This document shows, in pieces, positions 1 through 12,777 of a DNA stretch of 64,000 nucleotides. A program made the position numbers and the translations under genes. Source of the DNA: Girardia tigrina (taxonomy: Eukaryota); NCBI GenBank assembly GCA_001938485.1, contig MQRK01255104.1, forward strand, positions 108,609 to 172,608. The letters run 5' to 3'. How positions within the stretch are numbered: position 1 is the stretch's first letter; each line of letters begins with the position of its first letter. The notes below the pieces were generated by a model. That model was not told where the DNA came from, made no database searches, and saw nothing but the letters and a program-made list of their open reading frames with translations.

Positions 1-263
1 CCCGAAGGTCTTGCGGATTACTCTACAGGTGATTTATTTGTTTTTTGTCAAAATTCTAATTAATTTTTTCCTTGTTAGGGTTGCCAATTCCTCTCCGGGC
101 GCCAGGAAGGGTGCCAAAAGAATCCCAACGCCGCAGGACTGCCCTCTCATCACAACTGTTTTTCTTTTTCATTTGTGTTAATAATTATATTTATTCGTGT
201 TTCTAATTATAATTTTTTTTTGAATATCATAAACTTTATATTTTAATTGTTCTTTCGACCGCA

Positions 264-900
264 ACACATATATTCAAACAATCAGCACAACATTGTGATC
301 AAAGTGTTACTATCATAGTTCCCCGGTCGAGTTGAAAATCATCGAGAGTCACCAACAGCTATTAACGTCTCCACTAGGACAAGAGAGGCAGAACTATCAT
401 TGCCCGTGTTCTAAACATGTTGATAAGTCAAAATACGAAAATTTATGCCAGGACGTACCTGACGAGCGAAATGGTCCCTCCGACCCTCTCATTGTAGATC
501 TCAACGAGGGCTTTCAGTGAAGGTTTTAATTGCATCGAAATCCAAATATCCATCGAAGAATTATCGGCCTCTAAAGAAATGTACAAATTAATTAAATATA
601 TAAAGATTAATTAAAAACTTACGATGGTTCAAAGAATTTCTAAAAACTATCACGCGCGCGATTATTCATTCTGAATCATCATGAATAATCTCAGACATGA
701 AAGCACGCTATTAGCCTGGCACACTCGAGAAGATCTGACACGATTATCATTGACACAAGAGCATGCATATACCTGAAATTAACACACGCATAAACGCTGA
801 GGAAAATAGTCAAAACTTACCACATGCTGACTCGTGGTGCATCGATACGGTTATTAGAGAATGATTGACCAGAGAAATGCAAAATAGAAAACAAGTTGTA
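264..900 (-). repeat. Copy of a dispersed, degenerate repeat family with short GT-AG introns on the minus strand (unidentified, possibly a TE accessory gene relic)
   Basis: Blocks acatatattcaaacaat (~266), aagattaattaaaaacttacgatggttcaa (~603) and tcattctgaatcatc (~666) recur in the same order at ~3224, ~3786 and ~4968. Minus-strand GTAAGT donors at 820 and 622 pair with acceptors at ~773 and ~571. All frames of the 150-nt intervening exon contain stops. Confidence 0.45.
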
Positions 901-1583
901 TTTTAAAGTGGAGCGAAATGATTGGCTACCACTTAAAAAAATGAAAGAGAAAAATCATACACACAGTATGAATCCAGTTATATATACCACAGTGATTCTC
1001 AGACAATCGTCAGATTTTTTAACAAAGTTTAACGAACGTTGAACCTTTAGGAACAAAAATCGACAATTCCACGACTACAAAACATTAGATAATTTGAATC
1101 TTCCGAGAACAATTTCGATATTGTCACCACAACATTTGACAACGATTTTCAACAAACAAATTTTCCATTAAACGAAAAATATTTTGGAAACTTTCCTCCG
1201 GATCCGTTCAATTGTATCAAGAATCACAGACGTTATTCCAAGATGTAAATTTTCGTCATAAGTTTCTTAATTATTAAATATATGTATTTGATAATTTAAT
1301 TTACTTTAATAATAAATAATTTTACTTGAATAATCAGAGCAAGGTCGAGAGATATTCCACATTTGCCACTTAAATTTTAATCGTTAAAGTCAGCCGTCGC
1401 CGTCGTTCCCCGTCCTCTGATGTATGATTACGAAATTTAATATCATCAGTGAATATTTTCATCCGATCGTTGTTGAGACAATAATTCTAAAATTTTGTAA
1501 ATTATGATGACAAAGTATTCAGTAGCATAATCTCGGAGAAAGAATCAATCGGAATCCCCACAGCTAAAGTAAATCGTATAGCC

Positions 1584-2748
1584 CAGTGGTGGCCAAACTG
1601 GGTGTCGCGGCGAGCCTTCAAGGGTGTCGCGAAAATTTTTCAAAACTATCAAAAATACTCACTTTTTGGAAAAAATCTTTAGAAACTCGATTGCTTCCCC
1701 GGTTTGGACTCTTTGACTGGAAAAATGGAAATTTATTGAGATGTTATTGAAGTGCTCAAGAACCTCGCCACCGCTTTTAAGCAATATTTTCCAGACATTG
1801 ATGTTAGCAAGGATTTATGGGTCGTTAATCCACTTATTGCAACTGAAACAAATCTAAACGGCACGCTTGAGGAAAATCTAATTGACATTAGAAATGACGT
1901 ATCATTGAGTGTGTTGTTTCGCGAGGAGACGTCAGAATTTTGGATTTCAATCNNNNNNNNNNNNNNNNNNNNNNNNNNNNNNNNNNNNNNNNNNNNNNNN
2001 NNNNNNNNNNNNNNNNNNNNNNNNNNNNNNNNNNNNNNNNNNNNNNNNNNNNNNNNNNNNNNNNNNNNNNNNNNNNNNNNNNNNNNNNNNNNNNNNNNNN
2101 NNNNNNNNNNNNNNNNNNNNNNNNNNNNNNNNNNNNNNNNNNNNNNNNNNNNNNNNNNNNNNNNNNNNNNNNNNNNNNNNNNNNNNNNNNNNNNNNNNNN
2201 NNNNNNNNNNNNNNNNNNNNNNNNNNNNNNNNNNNNNNNNNNNNNNNNNNNNNNNNNNNNNNNNNNNNNNNNNNNNNNNNNNNNNNNNNNNNNNNNNNNN
2301 NNNNNNNNNNNNNNNNNNNNNNNNNNNNNNNNNNNNNNNNNNNNNNNNNNNNNNNNNNNNNNNNNNNNNNNNNNNNNNNNNNNNNNNNNNNNNNNNNNNN
2401 NNNNNNNNNNNNNNNNNNNNNNNNNNNNNNNNNNNNNNNNNNNNNNNNNNNNNNNNNNNNNNNNNNNNNNNNNNNNNNNNNNNNNNNNNNNNNNNNNNNN
2501 NNNNNNNNNNNNNNNNNNNNNNNNNNNNNNNNNNNNNNNNNNNNNNNNNNACTATATTAAATGTTTCATCATTAATAAATAAGTTTTATCCAACTATGCT
2601 TGAAAAGCTAAAAGTTATGTCTTTTTCATTTTCAATTCCAATGACCGAAAATTCTAGTTATGTAGAAAGACTGAAAGGCATATGGGTGTCGCGAAATTTT
2701 TCCGTTTACAAAAAGGTGTCGCGGCGCAAAAAAGGTTGGCCACCACTG
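1584..2748 (+). mobile_element. Non-autonomous hAT (Buster/Charlie-type) DNA transposon with transposase C-terminal remnant; contains an assembly gap
   Basis: TIRs CAGTGGTGGCCAAAC (1584) and GGTTGGCCACCACTG (ends 2748). Perfect 8-bp TSD GTATAGCC at 1576-1583 and 2749-2756 has the Buster-type central TA. Subterminal GGTGTCGCG repeats. Remnant peptide FKQYFPD...WVVNP...EENLIDIRND...EFWI (1752-1952). N-gap 1953-2550. Confidence 0.92.
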
Positions 2749-3375
2749 GTATAGCCAATTGTGAGGGGAGACTACAAGTAGTCATATCGTGAAGCAGAGT
2801 CACCAAACCGGTGAGAGAGATCATAACTGTAATCGTTAAAACGAAGGGAAGAAAATTTTCTAGTTAGCGCTCTCGAACTGATTCATATTATAATTCATCG
2901 ATATGCCACAGTTAATGTGGATGTAACTTTTCAGAAAGATTAAATCCAATCGATGAACTCATAATAAATGAATATCATTTCATAATTTCATTTCTTATTT
3001 TTTTAATATTATAATTAGAATTGTTATCTCACCATTTATAAATTTGAATTTCATAATTTTATTCAATGATTTCTTATATATTAAAGTGTTGTCATCATTT
3101 AATCGGTTTTCAGTTAAGCTGTCTCGTTTGATAATTTTTGCGGTCACTGATCCATCCGAGATGTGTAAAAGACATAAATAAATTTATAAGAAATAAATAA
3201 TGCAAATCAGACGACAGTTCAATACATATATTCAAACAATACATAAGTTAAGGTTGTGGTATTGCCGAATTCTGACGTGAGACCGCCATCCGTTTCCACT
3301 GCGCCCAAACTCGAGCGTTCCTCTTTCGTAGGTGGTCTGTCTGGATATCTTGTGCATCTTAAAGAACAACATTAA

Positions 3376-3607
3376 CCCTACAATGCGCAATTTTTTTAAT
3401 TATCATTTAACACGCGGCCAGTATTACAAACTGAACTGTCATTTTTGTTGACAAAATATATTGCATCTATGACTTTATGGGCAGTTATCATTCCATAGAC
3501 AATGTTTTTGATTCACAGTATGTAAACACTCAAAGAATATCACGTGATTAAAAGATATTGAGGTAAAATATGGTTGATTCAAATATGAATCACGGCGCAT
3601 TGTAGGG
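3376..3607. mobile_element. piggyBac-type MITE (232 bp)
   Basis: Perfect 13-bp TIRs CCCTACAATGCGC / GCGCATTGTAGGG, flanked by TTAA at 3372-3375 and 3608-3611. No ORF. Confidence 0.9.
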
Positions 3608-3845
3608 TTAACCGAACCAGACGAGACCTCAGAAGGACTTACCAAAGGACCAATACAGTCATCCTACCCTCTATGGCACGGTCGCAGTGACAGAAATCCA
3701 TACTTCCAATCCGCTTGACGAACCGATGATCCCATGAAAAGTTATCGAACTTTAAAGTGTCAAAACAAAGTTAATGAAAAATAAAAAGATTAATTAAAAC
3801 TCACGATGATTCAAGTAGAATTCCAAAATCGACGATTATCCTATG

Positions 3846-4959
3846 TGTTGCAGTAGCAGCACAGTGGAAGCTTATATCATCTCCGCGGGTCATCAAGGAA
3901 AGGGAAGTGGGTTCGATAATGGTGTTCTCTAATTTATTATTATTATTGTTTTTATCTATATTATCGTTACTGTTAACTTTATCCTTATTGCTTTTATTTT
4001 TATTTTTATTATTTTTATTTTTGTTAATACTTTTACTATCATTTTTACTATTATTTTTACTGTTATTTTTATTATTATTTTTACATTTGCTGATATCTAT
4101 TTTAGAATATATATATATATATATATAACATACAGTTATCTGTTTTCGCAAGTCTTTGATTCCACCTCACAAATTCGCGTCCGTCGCACGTTATCCACAT
4201 TAAAAAAGGATTTTTCGAATTTATTTTCGTTTGGAATTCAGTAATCAAATCATTGCTTTGGTTGACCGTTTCTATTATTGCTGCTCGTAGCGGATCAAAA
4301 GATCCGACAAAAAATCGATTTCCCCTTGAAACATGAAAGAATCAGAAATATTCGACATTACAAATCGAACATTTGAAACGTTTTTCGTCGTCTGATGTTT
4401 GAATACATTCAGGATAGAACCGATGTTCACAATCCGACCATCCGGTCACTTCATATTCATTTATATGCTTGTTACATTTCTGGCATAACTTAGAACCTGC
4501 AGTTGAAGGTTTTTCGGAATTATTTTGATCGTTATTTACGTTTTCGTATCCGTCAATTTCCAATGAGTTATTATCAGTAATTTTACTTCTCTTAACAAAA
4601 CATTCATTTTTTATTGGAGTATCAAAATCGGTTGTACCCAGTCGCTTATACTTTTCTCCTACCATTATCAAATATTCAGAATTCAATTTCAGTATAAATT
4701 ATCTTTATTGATTTATTTTTAACTGTACAAATTTTTACCAACTTACGGAGATACCGTAATTGGTTTAAACAAACCAAACAAAACTTAATTATAAAGAATA
4801 AATATATATTTATATATATATATATATATATATATACATTTCCTCATATAAATATATATATTATTTAAATTTTTCTTTTCATTTTTTTTCTTGAATAAAT
4901 TTAATAAAAAATAAATTTTCCTTTAATGAAATTTAATTTAAAAAAACGAAACCCGAACA
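3846..4959. mobile_element. Solo-LTR-like element, copy 1 (TGTT...AACA, 5-bp TSD), carrying a Cys-rich ORF
   Basis: Starts TGTTGCAG at 3846 and ends CCGAACA at 4959. Perfect TSD CTATG at 3841-3845 and 4960-4964. Colinear and highly similar to 32593-33736. It splits an older repeat whose halves rejoin across it. Confidence 0.85.
4342..4686 (-). pseudogene. Degenerate PHD/RING-like Cys-rich finger ORF inside the solo-LTR-like element
   Basis: CQKC-x12-(W)SDCEHRFYPEC-x11-CSIC pattern at the C-terminus. The terminal TGA is TGG in copy 2, where the frame reads on into GSFDPLRAAIIETVNQSND. Confidence 0.5.
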
Positions 4960-6087
4960 CTATGAATCATTCTGAATCATCCTGATTCAGCAATCTGGTG
5001 ATTCGGAGAGGGCAGCCTGCATTCTGGAAAATTTTTAAAGGGCGCGCACAACTTGGTGTTGAAATCATTTAGACACCAACACTGCACATCAGTCAAATAG
5101 ATTCCGCTGCATGGTTAATTTAATATTAATATTATTATCTATAATATTATTTCGAAAACACATCGTTTATTAATCTCAGGGAGAAACCCTGGAATAGTTG
5201 AGGAGAACTGCATTCAAGTCGACACTTACGAGATCTGTTACGAAGTTGAAAACGCGAGCTTATCCGTTAGGAATCAATCGAGGAAGTGATAAACCAACAC
5301 CGCAACACTCAGATGAAATGTACATTTTAATTTTTCATGAATTCATTTTAATTTTCTACGAATAACAAATAATTTTGATTTATCTCTTGTAGTCTTCAAT
5401 ATATTTTACAGGTAATTTCGATTTATTTAATTCCTTTTATAATCATAATTTGTTAGATTCTATTCAACTTTGCTAATGCTTAATTTCGAGATGTTTAATA
5501 TCAATTTTGGTAGAACAGTTCAGTGATCCTGTCACTGCAGCCGCCAGTAATTTCATTGTTTCGGTTAATTATTAGAAGTGCTAGCGAGTGCCCATCGATC
5601 ATCATAATATGCTTCAGGTCAAATACGCGGTTGATAATCCCAATGGACCGTTTGAAAATGAGGAATCGTATCCCGACCAATCATAGAAAAAGGGCGCATC
5701 GATGGGTTGTTGCATTATGGACAGCCTCTATTGGAAACGTAAAGTGATCGATAAGAGGATAAGGAGAAAGAGTAGGAATCACTTCATCTCGTTCAGCCGA
5801 GAAGGACGAGGGTGAAATCCGGTTGTGAGTAGACGTATCCAATTCCGTATTTGTAAATAAAAATTGTGAATACCATCCAAAGTATTCCTGCAATTTAATA
5901 GAGACACATCTGATTCATGTCGACAAAACTGAGACGTAAATAGTGATCAGACGCTGATCGATTAATTGTTGTGAATATATCTGAGCTTAGTCAATTAATA
6001 ATTAAGGCGGGCAAAAGTCAATAAAGTCAAAATGGAATCATGCAGCAGAAATAGTGAGAGAATCACAAAGGCACACATAAATATATA

Positions 6088-7921
6088 CAAGGATACCCCT
6101 GCCCAAAGGTCAAAAATGTCAAAAAAATTTGTTATGTCAAAAAATTTCAAAATAAGAAAAAATAATTCAAAATTAGAAAAATTAAGTCAAAATAAAATAT
6201 TTTGTCAAAAATGCCAAAATATGTCAAAAATCGAATTAAGTCCAGCATTTTAATTAAACAAAGTAATAAAAAGTAAAGAAACATATTTTTTAAAATATTC
6301 AATGTTTTCAATTTTTAAATTGTTCTGGTTTATTTTGATTGTATTTATTCTTCATTCTCAATATTCACTATTTGTTTAAATATTCAATTAATTTTGTTTC
6401 ATTTGAAATTGTTTTGGTTTATCTTAATTGAATTGATTCTTTATTCATTTTCATTTATTAATGTTTTTATAATTTCAGTGGTTCATAAAGTTACAGTTCA
6501 AACGTCATGCAAAATTAATTCCATTGTCAGGTAGTATCCAAATGAATTCATTTCAACAACAAATAGTCAACTATACTACAAGTTTTGCGACACTTTGGTT
6601 CAGCATGCCAAGGCATTCTTTATAGACAGCCCTCGTAAATCAGTAAAACATTCCGCCAAGGTTCAATAATCATCGTCAGCTCTAGTTCAAAGTTTTTTAG
6701 ATACCAATACTTTAGCTGAGAAATTAACAACTGCATTCATTTCAGCTGATATTCCATTATGTAAACTTGATCATCCAGCTATACGTAAGTTGTTTACACA
6801 AAGGACCCATCAATGTCCATCAAGGACTTTATTGGATTCTTGCTCACAAGTCATTATAACGAACACCAAAATTTATTTCTATAACAATTTGAATTTTTTA
6901 AACAAATATTTTTGAGGAACTTTTGTACTATCTTTTTTTACACAACCAATATAAATAAAAATAGATATAAATAAAAATATGATTCGTATATTTTTACAAA
7001 TTAAAATTCAATATTTCCTTAATAAAAAATATAGTGAATTAAAATTTTGTCACAAAGATTTTGTTGCGTCTTTTATTAATTTTTCAATTTTATGGAACAT
7101 TTAAATTTTCCTGTTTCTCAATTACATTTTTCAAAAAAAAATTAAAATCGCATTTTTTATTTAAGTCGATTTAATGGTTCTACAATTATTTTTTTACTAT
7201 CAATTTTAATTTCCGAAAAATTATAATTACATTTTCAAAAAAAAATATAACTACATTTTACAAAATAAATTATAATTACATTTTACAAAATAAATTATAA
7301 TTACATTTTACAAAAATTTATAACCACATTTTAANNNNNNNNNNNNNNNNNNNNNNNNNNNNNNNNNNNNNNNNNNNNNNNNNNNNNNNNNNNNNNNNNN
7401 NNNNNNNNNNNNNNNNNNNNNNNNNNNNNNNNNNNNNNNNNNNNNNNNNNNNNNNNNNNNNNNNNNNNNTTAAATTTCTGAAATCTTATTTTATCATATC
7501 TATAACAATATTTTACGGAATTTAATTGTTTGTTTAATAAATTGATAAAATACAAAAATTTTATATTTTATGAACGTTCCCAACAGACTTCATGTCGCCT
7601 ATTCATTCCTCAACTGGCATCTGATAGCAAGGACAATGAAAAGAAAACTGTGTCTGGTGGTTATCTGTTCATGACAATTGACGAAACTGATGTTTGTGGT
7701 TATAAATATATAAACGTTTTGATGGGCACGGTGGAGGCCCCAAATAACTCGTACATGCTGGACTGCATTCCTATTGCAGGTACCATGGACAACCAAGTTA
7801 TATGCCATATGATTCGAATCCTTGAAATCCCACACCAGCATTTTGTACTTCTGACGGAAGTCGCAAGGTATATGGTTAGTGCAGGACAAGTTCTGAAGAC
7901 AATGTATCCGCAACTGTTTGG
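6088..7921 (+). mobile_element. Degenerate hAT-superfamily transposase fragments (CGGBP1-like lineage)
   Basis: ~6695-6835 translates FLDTNTLAEKLTTAFISADIPLCKLDHPAIRKLF...PSRTL. ORF 7530-8048 has the hAT catalytic-region motifs FMTIDETD..G.KYINVL.G and FVLLTE.A.YM..AG..LKTMYPQL, and breaks off before the C..H motif. Ends are not confirmed by a TSD. Confidence 0.7.
7200..7334. repeat. Short tandem repeat (~25-30 bp unit aattataattacattttacaaaata) next to an assembly gap
   Basis: At least 4 imperfect copies run into the N-gap at 7335. Confidence 0.75.
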
Positions 7922-8714
7922 GTTGTCTGCTTGGGTGGATCCCGATGGGTTATTGATATTTAGATACAGAATATTTAATATTATATATTATTTAATGCAA
8001 TATTTAGAAATGAAACAAATAGTAGATAGGTCGTGTCGTTGGGACTGATAGTAAAGAACCGAATTACAGAAATGGGACCTTGGTTCTGCCCTCGACTACT
8101 GTATGAGGGCCAACATCCTAAACGTATCTTACGGATAATCCTAGCTTCAGACAATTAGGGTATCCTGGCCGAGAAAGGGTGTAAGCGTACACGAAAAGTC
8201 AATGACAATACAATAACAATGTGAACCATTTACTTAATATACATGACTGACGCTTTAGATCACAAACAGGAACAGTTATTTATTATCGGAAATTTTCTTT
8301 GTGTAAATACGTCATTTAAAATAACAAAAAATGATTATGTGTGGTACATGTTTAAGGGAGAATGTGAATGGTGTGTGATTGATACGTGTGTGTGTGGTTT
8401 ATGTGTGTATGTTTAATTGTCACAATAAAAAAATAAAAATTTGAGTTTTGTCGGTTATTTTTTGATTAAACATACTGCACAAATATTTACTAAATGTATA
8501 AAAACATTTCAAATACATTCCAGAATCGTGCATATTGATAAATTGTTGTCTGTTGATTAAAATTTTTCTTTAAAATTTAGAAGGGTGACGATCATATCAC
8601 AATAGATAGTCACATAGGTAAAAGAACACACTGTCATCCCCGAACGATATTGAGCTGGCTGGGGGACTATTCACCCGTCCCGGCCTTCCGAACCCGAAGG
8701 CGCTTCTACCCTTT

Positions 8715-9115
8715 TTATTTCCAATTATCTGGGAGTTTCTGATCGACTGATGTAACTCCACGGCGAACAACACCATTTTGTTTCATGAAATTGGAAACCC
8801 AACAGCAAGATTCTTTGAAGTCATTAATTTTCATCCGAATTGCATGTGCTTTTGCTTCACGCTTAATAACCTTTCCAGACACTGGATGACCTTCTTTACG
8901 CTGTGCAGCAATGCAGGTCTTCATATGTACATCTATTGCTGGGTATTTTGCTGATCTTTTTCGTTTGACAACATTTCCTTCCTTCTTTGTCGCAGCTTCC
9001 ATTTTTAATTGTTGTTTTTTCCATCGCCTAATTTGACTAATGTTTACTCTAAAGTGCTCAGCAGCTTTTGCTAGAGAATTATCGACTGCAAACTTGACAG
9101 CTTCGAGCTTGTTTA
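8715..9115 (-). pseudogene. pogo-family transposase N-terminal fragment (Brinker-like HTH + CENP-B HTH), truncated before the DDE domain
   Basis: Translates KLEAVKFAVDNSLAKAAEHFRV...IRRWKKQ...KYPAID...RKEGHPVSGKVIK.EA...FK.S..WV.NFMK.NG..RR..TS..QKLP, typical of POGK-like pogo transposases. Confidence 0.85.
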
Positions 9116-11601
9116 GTAACTAGGCTTAGTAACTAGTAGAGGCTTATAACGAGATTTCAGGTAATCTTGTTAATTCGATTTTTATATTTTGTTTGAATAT
9201 TCCGTTTATTGCGAAAAACATTTTTTTCTATATAATTCAATTTAGGAACTTGTTATTCATTGTCATTCTCTACAACAATTAACTTTTGTACTTTATAATA
9301 AATCTTTGCATAAATCTTTTAATAAAACTACCGTAAAATTTATTTTATTTCTTACATAAATTAAATTTTACATTAAATTTCTTAAAATCTTATCTTAACA
9401 TATCTATAACAATATTTTACTGAATGTAATTGTTTAATTCTTAATTTGATCAGCTTGTAAATTCAAATTTTTTTTGAACTCAACAACGCTAACAATACAG
9501 GCAATAATCGGGAACCTAAAGCAATCATATATAACGATTTTAAAGAATATGAAAGATGATCAGTTATATTACTAGGCGTAAGTCTTGTTTTATTCTTACT
9601 TCTTGCAATATATGAAATGAGACAAATATACCATAAATATAAAAAGAAACATTTGACTTTGAACTTGTATTGTATATCCTTGTGAAAGTACGTAAATACC
9701 ACACAGGTATAAAAATCAAATAGAATTGCTGTATGCGCATAGAGATTTTAGATCTCATCTATATTTGTTTATTTTTTTATATTTCAACTTCTAATTATGT
9801 TGAAATTGACAAAGTTTATTTAAGTTTTATATTTTCAGATATCAAAATGAAACCAACATCGGAACAATCAAAACAATTATTTGAAAGTAGGAAAAAGAAA
9901 TATCTCATGTCTTCTTACACATATATGAAACCAAAAGAGCCAGTTGAGCCTGTACAGACGATTTACGCTTCGTCAGTAACAGTAGATACATGGCTAAAGG
10001 AGAGATTACGAGAGCCTAGACCAGTTATACCCAACGCCTTATTCAGTCTGTCACCATAAGCACTTTGAAATAGATTGCAGATGTATCTATCAATGTATCA
10101 AGGAAAGAAAATGAAAAATCTGTGGTAATTAACTTGATCGATGACACAGACGAAAGTCTTGAATTAAATGCTCCTGTTGAACAAGGGTTAACTCCACATA
10201 TGCCACCGATTTCTACCCTAATGTAGTTCCTAGAAAATTAGCAGAATGTGAAGGGCTATCGAGCCTTCTTTAATAGAAATTTCAAGGTTTCTAACCATAA
10301 TCCGGTTTTCTTTGTTCACTTACGCACTCCCCACATATATAGGCCAGGGGATAGATGCTCCACGAATCCTTCGTACTATCCAACCATAAACAAATATCAA
10401 AATTCATCGGCAACTGACACACAGCAAGTCTAGAGAATCTGAAGTTCGTCTGGACGCGCACCAATCTTCAAGTCGCAAGCGGGATACAATCCGTTCCGAA
10501 AGGTGAGAGCTTTGCCCGACGATTGAAGCGATGTACGCAGCAGCTGCCAAGAAATTTATCAGAAAATACAAAACAACAATGACTCTTATATCAGCTTTGA
10601 TTACTTGATATTTGATCTTTTGTTTGAAATTTCATTTATTCATAATTGACTATTGGAGTTCAATAATCTCATTAGTATAGATGTCTTTTTTATTGTTTTA
10701 ATTTATGCTTACAGTATTATCTCGTGTGTACATATTCTCTTTTAATTAACATATTTTTGTAATGCTATTGTTTATTGTTTTTTTAATTTTAAAGGTTCAA
10801 ATTTTCCCCAAGACAGCCTTTAAATTTTTAATTTTAAAAATCGAATTTGTAAAGAAAATTTTCAAGTTTTGATTTGTAAAAGCATCGAATTTCCTCAAGA
10901 AAATTTTAAATTTTTAAAGGGCATATTCTAGTGTCATTTGAGAGGAATAACTTCATTAGAGAAAAAGAAGACGTGATAAATAATTTAATGAATTTGAAAG
11001 AATGTATTAACAGAAAAAGTTATTATCAAAATTGTCTTACATTGATTTTGAGTATCTGTATTCTCGTCTTATAAATAAGGTGACCATACGTCCTATATGT
11101 TTCGTGACGGGTTTTAATTTAAAGAAAAAAATACAAATAAATCGAATCCGAAATCAAATCGACATTCGATGGAATTCTATCGACCACAGACCGAATCATT
11201 GAATATCAGTTCATATGACAGTTGAAACGCATCATAGACCAATACTCAACTTATCGACTGAAAATATTTTAAATAGATTTTTCATCGCCTTTTATCAGAA
11301 CTATTATATCAAAGAAACATTTTTCATGGAATCCATCAAATTTAGTGTACTATTTATTCACATTTCATTCAAGTCGGAAACAAAATGGAAACTCAAAACT
11401 TCAATTTTGATTCATCATTCGTACTGGTTAAAAAACAATCATTCATAATTTAATGTAACATTATAATTAATTCGATTGAATTTATAATTATTAAATCAAA
11501 TGTTTATTGATTTATAATTTTTATTTCGGGTTTTAATTAATTATTTGCGGAATTGTTGTTAATTTTTATATTTGTTTATTCGAATTCATTTTAATTTATG
11601 T

Positions 11602-12760
11602 TGGCGCAAAGTTTTTAAAAATTGAAATTGAAGTCGCCATTATGTTTATTATCGAATTCGGATCGAATTGTGGATATAAATAAATAAACAGTGTAAATAA
11701 TTGTTTTCTTCTTTCAAATCATTTTTAACTTGAAAAATGATATTTTGTTGATATGATATTTTATAATGATAGTAAAAATAAGTATAACGACAAGGATAGC
11801 AATAATTATTATAATGCCCATGGATGTAATAATAGTAGTAAAATTATAGCGTATAATAAAAAGGAACATGGTTGTAGAAGAAGTTTATAAACAAAATACT
11901 GAATTACGTTCTATGAATAAGATGGTTGATTTTTTTATGAATGAAAACGGCACAATAAATTATGTATTCAATGGACTGCAAAGTATGAAAACTAAATGAA
12001 AGAATATAGAAATGAATTGTTTATTTGACACGGAGCCCGAATTAATTTTGTAAATCGAAAATTAGTTGAACAATTAGAAATTATTAATTAATAATACTAG
12101 CAGAAATTAATAATTTCAGCAGTATGTGCGAATGGGACCAATATGGAGTTGAACGGATTGTGTTTTATAGATGTAAAGTGGAAAAATATCAAAACGCGAA
12201 AAATATTTTATGTTTCAAAGGAAAATTTCCCGACAATCATCTTTGGAATTGGACTGATTAAAGATCTTGGTTTTGAACTCGGATGTCAGATGAATAAGTT
12301 AAAGGAAAGGTAAGAAAAATTGCAAATATCAGAGATGTCAAAAAATTATATTATTTTTACTATTGATCCATAAATAAATAAATGCAAATACTCAGCCGCT
12401 GATAAATTAATGTATGCTAAAGAGAAGTTATAGCTTCGCGAAGGAACCCAATTATATAAATGCATTGAGAAATATTAAAATATTTTATGGCTGGAAAGTG
12501 GGACATCGGTAAAACCTCATTGATCAGACATGAAATTAAAACAAGTGGATTGCCAATTTCACAGATACTATGGAGACAAGCAGCACATTTGGAACGTCAT
12601 AAAGAAGATGCTATCAGGAATTTTGAGCAAAATGGAATAAAAAATGTTCATCACCTTGGAATACATCAATGGTCTGTGTTTGGAAGAAAGAGAAAAATGA
12701 AATTCGGTTACGTCTGGATTTTAGGTTAAATCAAGTCACAGAGAGACCAATATTTACGAA
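11602..12760 (+). mobile_element. Degenerate Ty3/Gypsy 5' fragment (PBS-like site, protease, start of RT)
   Basis: TGGCGC PBS-like start (~11602). CLFDT(G) protease motif with frameshift at ~12018. ANGT.MELNG. KWDIGKTSLIRHEIKT..PI, followed by SPWN...EIRL.LDFR RT N-terminus. Multiple stops and frameshifts. Confidence 0.8.
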
Positions 12761-12777
12761 GATTTCTTATCTTCTAG

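Noticed and set aside
455-480. CTGACGAGCGAAA resembling a hammerhead ribozyme core
   Set aside because: Only 2 nt separate CUGANGA and GAAA, so there is no stem II, and no convincing stem I/III with a cleavage triplet.
1752-2754. Long ORFs in the track spanning N runs (also 46279-46605, 48414-48822, 54903-55812)
   Set aside because: Their length is an artefact of translating assembly gaps as X. Only the real flanking residues were used.
3801-4151. Asn/Lys-rich ORF and the opposite Leu/Phe-rich 'membrane' ORF 3907-4128
   Set aside because: Both are translations of a (TTA/TTT)-rich low-complexity tract inside the solo-LTR-like element, with no evidence of coding.
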